Origin: Lingula anatina
Lineage: Eukaryota > Animalia > Brachiopoda
Reading direction: 5' to 3'
DNA: 64,000 nucleotides
Assembly (NCBI GenBank): GCA_051362555.1
Contig: CM120647.1
Location: forward strand, 248,001 to 312,000
In this document: positions 32,467-45,824 of the stretch, one piece after another
How the letters are laid out: each line of letters opens with the position of its first letter
How positions within the stretch are numbered: position 1 is the first letter of the stretch
Position numbers and translations under genes: made by a program
Notes under the pieces: model-generated
Database searches by the model: none
The model's input: only the letters and a program-made list of their open reading frames with translations
What the model was told of the DNA's origin: nothing

Positions 32467-34966
32467 GAACAGGCAGCGGTATATAGGCTACACTGATGCT
32501 CATAAGTAAAGCAACAACCGATTTTTTCAGAAGTTTCTTCTATCATGATCATTATTTCATTTGTTAGTGGGATTATGCATATTTCTTTCATATTTTATAA
32601 ATGACATTCAAGTTGAATATTTCTGTTAAAGAAATACACCAAATAGCTTATTGTGATAATCAAAATAACTTTATTTAACCAAACAGTACCAAAATATGCT
32701 AAACCATTTATCTAAAAGGTATGCTTACACAGCAAAATGTACCTGCTAATTAAAACAGCTCATCATGAAAAAATAAATTTCAATCATCTAAGAATTAGTT
32801 TTAATAAAAGAAGACTGTAGATAAAAGATGATTAATGCGGAAAATACGGAACCACACGAGACACACCAATATACGTCAACAATTAAAGAATTGTAACATT
32901 CTTAAATACAATTTTAGTATTCACTACTGGCTACTGCATCACTACTTGCATATAAGGGTGCGTTCACAATGAATATATCGTACTAGATACTGCACACTAA
33001 GGCTCTATTCCCATAGATTTTAGATCGATCTATCCCCGCGGGGAGTCTCACTAGATTACTTTCAGATAATCCGACTTAAATGTCCGTCCCGCCTACTACA
33101 AGCTGTAAGGGGGTAATTAACTTTCGTGTCCGCCTGGCTGACAGCTATTTAGCGTGAACCCCCAGGGAGTTAGGTCGATCTAAAGTAGATCGATCTAATC
33201 TCTGGGAATGGGGTGTAAATCTATGGAGTCTATCGCTGAATGCAATCAGATTAACCAAATAACCCACAGACACAGGAGGTTTCCCGTCAATGAAAGATCT
33301 CCAGTCGTAAGCGTACAGTGTAGTTATGAACAATATGTCCATGACCCAAAGAAATCTGCCGTACGGAGACTGGTAAACGCGTGAGATTAAAAGTCACGTG
33401 TCTTCCTATTCTCTAGGCTCGATGACAATTTTCTGAGGCTTTGTTATGCAATCAAGTTGGTACATATCCGGCTCAAGGTCTAGTTTCTGTCCTGGCGGAA
33501 CAGCCACTTTAAACTGACGGAAAAACATGGCCTGTAAAACAGGGAAAACGATTTAAGAGAAAAATGGATACCACTGTGTAACAGCATTTTTAATAATTTG
33601 AATTACCATGTGAATTACAATCACACCTATACATACCATCACCTAACAAAAAGTATCAAAAGATACGGGCATGCTTGCCTTAGTTCACACTGTGCCATTA
33701 TTTGATAAGGAAGGCAGGCATATGCCATACGTGTAGTTAATTAATTAAGGTAAACCTCACTTATGTAACCTAATCAAGCAAATCAAATTATGAAAATAGA
33801 TAAATTATTTTTACTTAGCACCATTTGATATCATTTTATAACTTGCAGACTACTGTGTCTCTGTTAAAAGTAAGCAAACAAGATCATATTAAAAACCTAC
33901 AATGGAGATCAATAAGTTCGATCTAGCTACAGCTTCGCCAGGACACTTCCTTTTCCCAGCAGAGAAAGGTAGCCATATTTTATGGTCAATTTTCTTTGAT
34001 GCGCCATCTTTCGAAAGAAATCTCTCTGGTTTAAATTCTTCTGGTGACTCCCAATTTCTTGGGTCAAAATGGATCACCCAAAAGTTTGGATAAACGACTG
34101 TGTCCTTCGGAATATCATACCCACCTGGTTGGCATGCAAAAGATAAATATTAATTTTGTTAAATTTAAATGTTATTTTGAATTTCCATTAGAATTTTGAA
34201 AGTCATTTTTACAAGAATAAAACGCAACGTCTCGAGATACCTGTGCTGCTATAAAGGACATAAAAGTAACTTGAAATGTATGTCACTTTTTCTTTTCAAT
34301 TGATGAAAATTAAGGCTCTTAATTACCAAGTGTCGTGTCACGCAGTGCCTTGTGTGCTATGGCACATGGTCCAGCAGGACGAAGTCTTAAGGTCTCTTTA
34401 AAAACCGCCTCACAGTATTTCATCCTCGCCTTGCTTTGATGGAGGTCGTTCACATCTGAAGAATAATTTGTAAGATTGTCTAATGTATGATTTTTAGACG
34501 ACAAAATGCGTGAAATATAATGGCTGTCTTAATTATTAACAGATATGTATAAGCCGTGGAATTTGTTCTGAAATAATAGTAATAATAATAATAATAATGA
34601 CAATAATAATAATCTCCCAAAAGAGTATTTCATTAAAACAGTATGAGATTAACATGACAATAAGCGTTTTCCAATTAAATTAGTAAAATGGTCTATAAAA
34701 TAATGGCTCATACAGGAGTTGTGTTTAATGACAAATATCTTGTATCCAGTTATTTAACAGAAATATTAAAAGATAACTTAGGCTGTATTCCCAGAGCTTT
34801 TTGATCGATCTATCCCCGTGGGGAGTCTCACTAGATTACTGTCAGATAATCCGGCTTAAATGTCCGTCCCGCCTACTACAAGCTGTAAGGGGGTAATTAA
34901 CTTTCGTGTCCGCTCGGCTGACAGCTATTTAGCGTGAACCCCCAGGGAGTTAGGTCCATCTAAAGT

Positions 34967-35922
34967 ACTTTTTTTTTAAATAATAATATGTATTTATTTG
35001 CAACTTAAAAAAAGTTGGATTTTACAATAAAAACAAATAGTCGTGAGATGCACAATCTTAAAATATACTTGTAAGTGTTAAAATGATTCGATACACATTA
35101 AAAATTCATAAAAAAAACTCAGTTCTTAAAATTTGATAAAGCCCATGGGATTAAAGTTTTTGACGATCGTACAGTCCTCAATTTTGGCACAGTGTACTTA
35201 TAAACCCGGCGCAAAGTGTAGGAACTTTCATTTATCTCTGGTAGCAAATGATGGATTTTGTGTCCTTCAGAGTACATGTTATGCAATTATGTTTTAGATA
35301 GTTAATCTCTTCTACAAGCAAGAGTGATAAGTTTACATGTTTCAAGTGCCCCATCGTAGGACAGCTCTTGGAATATAATCTTACATGCCCTAATCTGGAT
35401 GGATTCAATTTGATCAATTTGTTGTTGTGTAAGACCTGGGTGCCACACCTGACATGCATATTCTAATGTAGGTCTGATTACTGATGTATAAAAGCTAACA
35501 AGTTCATTGGTTGGAATACCCGCTCTTTTCAGAAGCTTAAGATTGTGTAGCCTTTTACTTGCTTTTTTGCTTTTTTACAAATATCACAGATGTGACCTTC
35601 CCAGCTCAAATCACTACTGATCCTAACCCCTAAGAAGACAGCAGACCCCATGTGCCAAATCTCATATTTGATTTCTCCAAAAAAGGACACAAAACTACAC
35701 CCTTGTAGATAATCAAAGGATTGAGAGAGTGCACTCTCTCAATCCTTTGATTATCTACAAGGGTGTAGTTTTGTGTCCTTTTTTGGAGAAATCAAATATG
35801 ATCTCTTTGGTCTTGGTAGTATTTATTGTTAGTTTATTAGCATGGGACCAGAGAGTGAGTTCTGTTGTTGCATCAGGGAGATTGTCCTGCAGTTTGGTAT
35901 TCCCGTAGCTTAGAATTGTGGT
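34967..35922 (-). mobile_element. 5'-truncated non-LTR retrotransposon (CR1/L2-like) 3' fragment inserted into a MITE
   Basis: The minus-strand peptide ...LWSHANKLTINTTKTKEIIFDFSKK... followed by ...LSWEGHI...ASKRLHNLKLLKR is typical of the post-RT region of CR1/L2 ORF2. The T-run at 34967 corresponds to an A-rich tail. The flanks are the two halves of the GATCGATC MITE. Confidence 0.72.
35662..35801. repeat. Perfect 140-bp palindrome, no spacer
   Basis: 70-bp arms are exact reverse complements, centred on GTGCAC at 35729-35734. Confidence 0.95.
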
Positions 35923-37350
35923 GTAGATCGATCTAATCTCTGGAATTGGGTCTAAAACATCATTGTACGGCATTTTCTCAAGAATAATTTGCATTATCAT
36001 TGAATGGTACAACATGTCAATAAAGCAATACATTCCTATCTAAAGAATAATGTGATAATCTACTAACATACATTTTCCCGCGTGTGCGCCGTAAGTGTAA
36101 GTAACTTGTTATCGGGTGAATTAAGGTGAATGTGTTTGTGTCTATTTGTGGCTGCGAGAGAGAGTGAGAGAGAGAACGCCGCAAGGCGGTGTATGTGCTC
36201 AGGTGGCTGATATTTAAGTCCGTGTCAACTTGTTTGTATTTGTTTGATAGAGGTATAATTTTGTTTGAGAGAGGTATAATCTTACCAAAAACGTCCATAA
36301 TTTCTTGATACATCTTTTCTTGCACGTCTGGTTTGTCTGCTACGCACAGCAGAATCCATTTGAATGTTTCTGTTGATGAAACTGTTCCAGCTAGATACAA
36401 CCGGACAACTTGTTTTTAAGAAGGTGACAAAAGATGATTGCACATATTATCATCATTACCACGACAAATACCTTCAAATCATGCACAAAAGGGATTAGAA
36501 TAATTAAATTTACACTTTCATAATTGCTATCATTTTGTTTGAAATTCAAAAGAAATACATGTACTTTACACATAATGGTATGTTAGTCTTGAGTTCAGAC
36601 AATTTGCATTCCATATGGTAGTATATGAAACAAAATCCTTATAAATGACATGATGTTTGATGACACCTTGCACTGTCATACATGTATAAAATTGTTAATA
36701 ATTTAAGTTACAAAATATAATATTATGCAAAACTGTCTATTTCTACTAATTACACACAAAACGTTTTTGAAAACCCCGAAGTCGTTTTTTTTTCAAAAAT
36801 AAAAAAAAAAAAAACTTCTGGCAACCAGAAACTAAAACTGTTTATGCAGGGATAGGGAAAACGTTTGCGGAGAGGGCTCGGCAGTTAAATATGACAAGTG
36901 GGGGACGAATGCGTTGAGGCCCTGGGTGATTAAGCTTCGCTGGAATTAATTTACCCGATTCTGGCAACCAGAGAGGGAGAAGCTCTTGCTGTCGCACATA
37001 ATGATGGATTTCACTTGATTAATTAAAAAAAAAAACGATACCGGTAACTTACCAATAAAAGTGTTTGATACTATCTGTATGATGTGATCATCTGTTAAAA
37101 CTTCGTTGACGTCTCCATCGATGCTTTTGCCATACTCTTGTCGTGCCAACAACAGCTGGTCGGTGAGGTCCCTAACATTTTCTGTGAAAGAGTGAATTAT
37201 AAAAAGGAAATTTGTTATAAAATGCATTTACTAAGTTATTTGTATGTTGCTATTTTGTTAAATTAACCAAGTGACTATTCTTTAGGGCCTATACTACGTC
37301 AGAGTTTTATACCAAGGAATCACAGGACGTTTCAAAACATCACCATTAGG

Positions 37351-39675
37351 TTTTTTTTATGTACAGACACAGATGTGTCTGTACATATAGCCATCATCTG
37401 CGTCTGTCGTCGTCGCCGTCGTCGCCGTCGTGCACTTTTACCGATAACACGATAATTGGAAAACCCTTTTTGCTTTTGGCTTGAAACTTACAGAACTGAT
37501 GAACATTCAAAATACGCAGGTCAAGTTAGAACATCAGCTTGATCGGGCCATTTTTAGGGAAGTTATGCTGTTTTTTCACTTTTTTCAGCATATATGCAGC
37601 ACCGATAACACGATAAGTGGAAAACCATTTTACTTTTTGGCTTGAAACGTACAAAACTGATGAATATTCATAATCCGCAGGTCAAGTTCGAAAATCAGCA
37701 TGATCGTGTCATTTTTAGGGAAGTTACGCTGTTTTTTCACTTTTTTCAACATATATGCAACACTGATAAAACAATATAAGAAAAACAGATAGGCCAATTG
37801 TCATTTTACTCCCAGGGGTAGTCAAACTTACTAAAACGCAGGTTGAGTTCGAAAAATCAGCATAATCGGGCCTTTATTTTAGAAGTTAAGCTGTTTTTTC
37901 ACATTTCCTCAGATTCAATTCTTAGGCATGTTAACTGTCTCCTTATTTAACTAATAAGATACATAAATGTGTTTGTTTGATATTTCCTGCATCTTTACAA
38001 CATTGTTAGTTGATTATGTAAAAATGATGGTAAACTTGTTATCGTGTATTGTGTAATAAAGTGTCAAAAATGGAAATAAACTCATATCATTGCAGTTTGT
38101 CAGATTCAATCATCCACTTTGTTCAGAATCTCAGAATGGAGGAAATTGGACATTTAACACTGTTCTATTGATATTTTTCCCATCTCATCAATTTTCTTAG
38201 TTGGTCATATAAAAATGGCAGTAAAATGTTTATTTTGTTTTATGTTTAAAAAGTGTTAAAAATGGAAATAAACCCATTTCAGAACAGCGCTGTCTTGTTT
38301 ACATTTTGGCATTTTTAAGATGTGACTTTGAAGTTCCATGAACCTGCAGACCTTTGCTAGTCACATTTTCTGAATATCCATGATACTAATATTTTATTAT
38401 TAAAAATTGATGGTCATTATGCTGATAAACATTATGTAATATTGCAACAAAATTTGAAGAAACCCCTATTTTGGGCACTGCTCCCATGATGACCATTTAA
38501 GAAAAACCATGTCAATTACTGTTTTCAAACTTACAGGAAAGAAACATGGGGCTAAAATACAGCTTCAGTATGCAATGCAGTCTGTTTGGTAATTTTTTCT
38601 GGCAGTTAAACAGTTTTTTGTGAAAATATAATTTTTTCACATATTGGCATTTTCAAGGTGTGGCCTTGAAGTTCCATGAGCCTGCAGACCTTTGCTAGTC
38701 ACGTTTTCTGAATGTTCATGTTACTAATATTCTATTATTAAAAATTGATGGTCATTATGCTGTTAAACATTATGTAATATTGCATCAAAATTTGAAGAAA
38801 CCCCTATTTTGGGCACTGCTCCCACGATGACCATTTAAGAAAAACCATGTCACTTACTGTTTTTAAACTTACAGGAAAGAAACATGGGGCTAAAATGCAG
38901 CTTCAGTAGGCAATGCAGTCTGTTTGGTAATTTTTCTGGCAATTAAACAGTTTTTTTGTGAAAATTTAATTTTTCACATATTGGCATTTTCAAGGTGTGA
39001 CTTTGAAGTTCCATGAGCCTGCAGACCTTTGCTAGTCATGTTTTCTGAATGTTCATGTTACTAATATTCTATTATTAAAAATTGATGGTCATTATGCTGT
39101 TAAACATTATGTAATATTGCATCAAAATTTGAAGAAACCCCTATTTTGGGCACTGCTCCCATGATGACCATTTAAGAAAAATCATGTCAATTACTGTTTT
39201 CAAACTTACAGGAATAATTTTTTCTGACAATTAACAGTTTTTTGTGAAAATTTAATTTTTCACTTTTTTGCATTTTCAAGGTGTGACTTTGAAGTTCCAT
39301 GATCCTGAAGACCTTTGCTTGGCACGTTTTCTGAATGTCCTAATAGTGTTACTAATATGCTTTTATTAAAAATTGATGGTCATTATGCTGTTAAGCATTA
39401 TGTAACGTTGAATCAAAATAGAAGAAAACACAATTTTTGGTGTAGCTGCCATGATGACCATTATGGGAAAACTGTCATTTATGACTGTCAAACCTTTAAA
39501 AAAGAAACACTGGACTAAAATGCAGAATGAGTTGGAAAAGCAGTCTAATTGGCTTCTTTTTCTGGAAGTTATACATTTGAGTGAAATATTCATTATCTTT
39601 TTGGCATATTCATTGTGGGACTCGGAGCTCCTGTTACTGTTTTCAAACTTACAGGAAAGAAACATGGGTCAAAAA

Positions 39676-39741
<66 letters not shown>

Positions 39742-40586
39742 CGAAGATTAAAAGTTTGAATAGCAGCTTCATTGGAATTACATTTACCTCAGGCTCTGCC
39801 AAGGAGGTTATATTTTCACCCCTGTTTGTCTGTCATCAACATAACTCAAAAAGTTATGGACCGATTTTGCTGAAATTTTCAGGAACTGTCAGAATTGGGC
39901 CTAAGAGGACAATGATTAGTTTTTAGTGGTGGTCTTTCTCAATAATCAATCAATAATCAATAATAATCAACTATTGCTGCCTTGGCAGAGGTCTGCATTC
40001 TCGGTGGTTTTCTAGTTTTGTTATGTTTTCCTTTACAATTTTTTTCTCAAAAACTTGCATTTGTGACTTTTAACTCTCATCCGCTCAAGGCTCTGCACAT
40101 TTTCTGTATTTCCACATAAGCAATTGTATTGTTTTTTATGTCTTTAAACATTATGTAATATTATTTTATGCACTGTCATCATTTTTCAAATATTGAGACT
40201 TTCATCATGTGACTTTGGTCTCTCATGGTCCTGAAACTGTAATCTTATTGAAGGGGTGGATTGAGACCATCTTCTGGGTTTTCCGGAAGACAGCCAGTTT
40301 ATTAAGTTTATATTGACTGGTATCTATTTTTTTCTGTTGGAAGACCATCAAAATGGAGGATGGATCAACATAGATACTTTGGAATACTGTCAGAAAATAT
40401 CTCTGGGTCCACTCCTGTTATTGACCATGTTACCTGTTGTGCATGATTAAAATTCAGTGTTGACTGACAGTATTATATATATATACAAGCATTATTTATT
40501 ATTGCATCAAAATTGACAAAATGACCTTTTTTGCATCTTTATTTTCCGTTTTTTGTCTGTACATTTGACAGCTTTGCTGCCTTGTT
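37351..40586 (+). mobile_element. Non-autonomous Helentron/DINE-1/HINE-like element (~3.2 kb) in P450 intron 6
   Basis: 5' T-run followed by ATGTACAGAC...GTCTGTACAT inverted repeat and a (GTC)n microsatellite. Internal ~170-bp and ~340-bp tandem repeats follow. The 3' end has GTCTGTACAT, a short hairpin and TTGTT. Confidence 0.72.
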
Positions 40587-41379
40587 GTTATATAATGGTT
40601 ATGGTACCGTTGTAATAACATTGTGCGTTTGCTTGGTATAATTATCAAATTAAATTGATTAAAAAACAAGCGATGTTAATGGTTATAATAATTATGTATG
40701 TTTTTTTTTTTTTTTGTTATATATAAATTACAAAAAGCTAATTTTCAATAAACATGCTTTAATTCATAGTAAACATTTGTGAATAGATCATATTAACAGA
40801 ATTTCTAGATAAATGTTAGGAAAAGAAATCCACCTGTACCTGGATTTAGAGTGACTTCGTGCTCCTTTAACTTTTGTCTATGAAAATCTTCCAACTCATT
40901 GGCAATTGTTTTTGCTCTGAGGGTTGACGGAATAGGGACGTGCTTGAGAAATGGGATGAGGTCAGCAGGCAGACGACTTCCAAATAAAACGGTCATATTT
41001 TCCGAATACTTTTTTCTTAGCCACAAAAATTCTGGATCGTCGATTTCATAACTAAAGTTAAGATAAACGATGCACCCTACTATAGCATTGTCTTGGTTTT
41101 ACAATAAGGGAACACACTGGGAAGGGATTTTTAAGCAACATAACATCCTAGAGATACATGAATGCCCATTATGTGAAAACCAAGTGAACATAAGAAGTAC
41201 TAACGGTTACAACGCCTATCATTCTACAGACGTGTAGTTCGCGTACAGGTTTTGCATATGTTGTACGAATGCGATTTCTTCACTAAACTATATCATCATC
41301 GTAGAGTTATTTGAGATAGAAAAGAATGTGAAGTGCGAGTAATATATGGATGAATAGAAAGGCACTTGCATATATACTA

Positions 41380-41526
41380 CAGGTCCCCGTAACTCGAAAG
41401 CATGGCGCATTGCGACCGAGCGCAAGCAACTCGGTTCCATAACTCGCCCATAGTCGCCCATACATTGTAGCCCCTATGTGATATCGCTATTCGCAATACG
41501 CGATGCTTTCGAGTTGCGGAGCCCTG
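41380..41526. mobile_element. ~147-bp MITE with ~36-bp imperfect TIRs
   Basis: CAGGTCCCCGTAACTCGAAAGCATGGCGCATTGCGA versus the reverse-complemented right end CAGGGCTCCGCAACTCGAAAGCATCGCGTATTGCGA. Confidence 0.65.
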
Positions 41527-41701
41527 GTCTACAGGTAATTTCAATAAAATGGTCAAAATGACGGACACGTTACTAAACGGCCGAGTAAACATTGACAATA
41601 GTTTATGTAGCTTACCTCTTGCCAAAAGCAATCCTACAGATGATATTGTAAATTAGTAAATTGATGTAGAAATCGACATCTACGGGTTCTGATTGTTTCG
41701 C

Positions 41702-41845
41702 CAACAAAGGAGCAACAAAGGGCAACAAAGGGACAACAAAGGGACAACAAAGGGACAACAAAGGACAACAAAGGGGCAACAAAGGGCCAACAAAGGGGCA
41801 ACAAAGGGACAACAAAGGACAACAAAGGGACAACAAAGGGGCAAC
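41702..41845. repeat. 10/11-bp repeat (CAACAAAGGGA-like) inside P450 exon 5
   Basis: Expanded from the VAPLL codons; net +129 nt, frame preserved. Confidence 0.9.
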
Positions 41846-42819
41846 CACCTAGAATGCAGACTTCGCCAAACAATCTAATTTACCGCTAAAGACGTATGAC
41901 CTAAAATGGAAATTATTTTTGCTTTTTCATTAACGTATGTCTTGTGGATTGGAGACAATATGTTTATGTGTTCGTGGAGGAAGGGGGGCAGATTGCAACC
42001 CTTGTGTTTGTCTATTGGTAACCATATGTTTCTTCTCTTCGTGATACATGTCTCCATGGTTTTCAATAAACGAAATTTGAGACACTGAGTTTAAGGAGAA
42101 ACGTCGAGCTTTGTAGCAATAATGGGAGCTTTACAATCTTAAATAACCAGTAAAGGAGATTTATGTACAGAGCACTGAGTCAGTTTACCTGATGACCTTC
42201 ACTGCCATCTTTTTCTGTAATGTCCACACAGGTCCATGGTCAGAAAATGCAATATCCTTGTATCCACCGGATATCAGGTTAACTGCAACGGGGAAATACA
42301 TCTTTAAAAAACCAATTCCTTGCGTTATGCTTAAGATTAAGGAAGCAGTTAATATTTGTAATTTAAAATCTTGAAATAGATTCTTCGGGATACGGAGCTT
42401 ATGACTTATCTAAGCAACAGAGACCATAAAATGTTGCCTACATACGCGACCAAAGAGATGTGTCCCTGCCGGCAAATTCTTCTGACTTTTCCACCAATAA
42501 CTCATTCACCAAATCAACTGAGCTCACCACAATAGAGTTATGTCCAAAACCTGCCAATAGCCCATAAAAATGCTGTGTTAATTATGTCGTAAATTAACAT
42601 TCTTCTTGCCTCATACATTCTCAGATAACTGCTGCGGAAAGCCCAGATTTTCTGTGCCAGGTCGGTGTAATAGAAATAGTAGTCCTAGGAATGGAAGTCC
42701 GGGGTCCAATATGATAATTACAGGTTAGGGTTGGTCGGAGAATTGAGGTAAGTATATAAGACAAGTGTACTGTGAATATGTCTCCGTATTTCTTTTCCAT
42801 TTCTGCAAAAACCGTAAAC

Positions 42820-43483
42820 AGTAATGGGAAACGGACCTGTGCAAAGTAATGGGAAACGGACTTCGGTTCCTAGCGGACTACCATTCCCAGGGGCGGATTT
42901 AGGCCGTCTTCTGGGTCTTCCAGAAGACGGTCAGATTTTCAAGTTTACATTAAAAGGTATCTTTTTTTTTCTGTTGGAAGACGGTCAAAATTGGAAGATA
43001 GATCAATAAAGATAATTTGGAAGACTGTCAGAAAATAGCTCTGGATCCGCTCCTGATTCCTGTCACATCTGTACAAAGTAATGGGAAACGGACTACAGTT
43101 CCTAGCGGACTACCATTCCTGTCACACCTGTACAAAGAAATGGGAAACGGACTACAGTTCCTAGCGGACTACCATTCCTGTCACACCTGTACAAAGTAAT
43201 GGAGAACGGACTACAGTTCCTAGCGGGCTAACATTCCTGTCACACCTGTACAAAGTAATGGAGAACGGACTACAGTTCCTAGCGGACTACCATTCTTGTC
43301 ACACCTGTACAAAGTAATGGAGGACGGACTACAGTTCCTAGCGGACTACCATTCCTGTCACACCTGTACAAAGTAATGGAGAACGGACTACAGTTAATAG
43401 CGGACTACCATTCCTGTCACACCTGTACAAAGTAATGGAGAACGGACTACAGTTCCTAGCGGACTACCATTCCTGTAACACCT
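42820..43483. repeat. 59-bp minisatellite in P450 intron 2 (~8 copies, first one interrupted by a MITE)
   Basis: Unit ACACCTGTACAAAGTAATGGAGAACGGACTACAGTTCCTAGCGGACTACCATTCCTGTC. Confidence 0.9.
42888..43055. mobile_element. MITE of the same family, inserted into a 59-bp minisatellite unit
   Basis: CAGGGGCGGAT...ATCCGCTCCTG with TSD ATTCC. Confidence 0.8.
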
Positions 43484-43795
43484 GGTCACAAAAGTGACAA
43501 CAATTACCAAGCATCGTACCTTCCAAGCGTGTTCACAGCCAAGTCTTGTGTTTCTTTGACTGTGTATTTACACAACAATTGTTGTTATGTAATTTAGTTT
43601 AAAGTAAGACTTACCAAAATTTACTGTGAATATGTCTCCGTATTTCTTTTCCATTTCTGCAAAAACCGTAAACAGTCTCACATCTTTCGAAAAAGCTAAA
43701 ATAAAATAACATATGTCCAATACATAAATATCTTTCTGATAAAATATTTATCATTTACTTTGATTTATGACCATTATTTGCAAAACAATAGTAGT

Positions 43796-43852
<57 letters not shown>

Positions 43853-44699
43853 TATTGTATAATTTAAATACAATATCACAAAGACATCAGTAGCACCACT
43901 GAATCACTGCCTGGGTTTAAGCGTAAAGTAAAATAACAATAAAGAAAAATGCTTTAAAATCCACAATCCATCTCACCAAAATAATTCCCCAATATTGGTA
44001 GTTGTGGAGGACCTGGCGGCAGTCTGTATCTTTTCCGTCGAAGATATGTCATCACCAACAGGAATACAAATGTACCGACCAATGCAGTCTGCACATTAGG
44101 CCAGACATATACGTTTATAATGTCCATGTTTCCTAGAAATGCAAGAATGCCTTTATCTACCTAATGACCTGATATTAAACCATTGATCTTTAAAACTTAA
44201 AGGTATTGCAGGTGCTTCTTTATATTTGTATGTTAAAATATAGGTATATAGGAAATGTTACTAAAGTTGCCAGTTAACCTGCCCTTTGAATTAATGTTGT
44301 TTTATCAATACTGTTGTGTTTTGAGTAAGTGGTTAGAGGAAGAAGATAATTTCGTCTCATGGGATAAAATGGGTTCATGTACCATTTTACGTCAATTTTT
44401 TCTTTTACTAATCCTTGTAAACATGTAATTCAAACCCTTCGGCAACGCGTTACGTGCCCTGACCTGAAAACGGGTGTATGTACCGAGACAGTAAACAGGT
44501 TTTACGACAGGTTTTTAGTTACGTCCAACAGCACTGCATAATCTATATCAAATAAAATCACTATATCCTGTTCAAAAGTTCAATTTCCCCAGAGTAAAGG
44601 TACAAAGAATACAATTTCCGTCAGCGGCTTTTGCTTCCACCCAAGATAATATAAAGAACCGATTTCCTTGTCGCAGTGCATTTGGGTACTACTGTACAG

Positions 44700-45031
44700 A
44701 CTATCCACAGATTAAGAACTATCCACAGATTAAGAACTATCCACAGATTAAGAACCACAGATTAAGAACTATCCACAGATAAAGAACTATCCACAGATTA
44801 AGAACTATCCACAGATAAAGAACTATCCACAGATAAAGAACTATCCACAGATTAAGAACCACAGATTAAGAACTATCCACAGATAAAGAACTATCCACAG
44901 ATTAAGAACTATCCACAGATAAAGAACTATCCACAAATTAAGAACTATCCACAGATAAAGAACTATCCACAGATTAAGAACCACAGATTAAGAACTATCC
45001 ACAGATTAAGAACTATCCACAGATTAAGAAC
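44700..45031. repeat. 18-bp minisatellite
   Basis: CTATCCACAGATTAAGAA units with 14- and 17-bp variants. Confidence 0.92.
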
Positions 45032-45824
45032 AATAACACTACTATTAAAGGAATTGAATACCTTTTTTCTTTATCCGGAAGACAGAAATCCAGCTACTGC
45101 ATCAACACTTCTTCTCCATATATCCCAATTGTCGATATGGGGTTCAGAGAAAAAACGAGAGTTAAAAACTACACGTTTATTATCTACAGAGACTGATCAA
45201 AAACTACCCACTCAGTGAGCAGGGCGTGAATATATACAAAGTAGGCAACAGGAGGCGGAGCTAAAACTGTAAATACTGATACGCCTTCGTGGCCGAGTGC
45301 CTTATGAAGGTACAAAGAACACTATACTTACATTACTGGTGTCATTCAAGGATTCATAAGTAAGTACTGATAAATGTAAAACAGGTATGCAATAGATTGT
45401 CATTGAAACAAAAATCGAAGTCAATAACAGCACTAATTAGAAATATTCCAATAGTAAGATTAAATAAAATTGCTCATAGAGCAAAAAACATTGCAATGTT
45501 GTACATTTTTTTAAATTTCAATTTACTTTAAATTTTTATTCATTTTTGAATCTAGTTATACTTAGATTTAATTACAAATTAAACAAGAAAATGCAAGTTG
45601 TACTGGCAGCATATTTATTCTATCTCAATCTAACTTTGTTTTACACTGCATTATAATTGCATAAATGATTGCCATATTGTTTAGTCTGTTTCATAAGTAG
45701 ATATCTGATAATAATGTAACTATCTTTTCATATAAATAAATAAAACGATGTTAACATATGCTTAAATATGGAACAAAAAAAAAAAAAAAAAAGAAAGAAA
45801 GAAAGAAAGAAGGAAAAGTCACAC

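Larger units (their letters stand above)
20105..34480. repeat. Tandem segmental duplication, copy A 20105-27332 and copy B 27330-34480
   Basis: ORFs recur identically at offsets 7225, 6938 and 7148. The offsets reconcile exactly with a 287-bp insertion in A and five extra 42-bp units in B. A GTC microhomology lies at the junction. Confidence 0.97.
33406..44127 (-). pseudogene. Cytochrome P450, clan 2 (CYP17/CYP1-like), 11 exons; in-frame TAG in exon 5, so a probable pseudogene or null allele
   Basis: Exons are 44127-43977, 43695-43615, 42550-42446, 42282-42189, 41900-41616, 41051-40840, 37181-37053, 36390-36286, 34455-34327, 34124-33901 and 33531-33406. Motifs: N-terminal TM helix plus LPPGPPQLPILGN, ETLR, PERF and the heme motif FSAGKRKCPG. 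An in-frame TAG lies at 41851-41849, followed by a 129-nt repeat insertion. Confidence 0.85.

Noticed and set aside
41849-41883. Rescue of the P450 TAG by a cryptic GTAAAT...TTCTAG intron
   Set aside because: It would be only 35 nt and would shift the frame.
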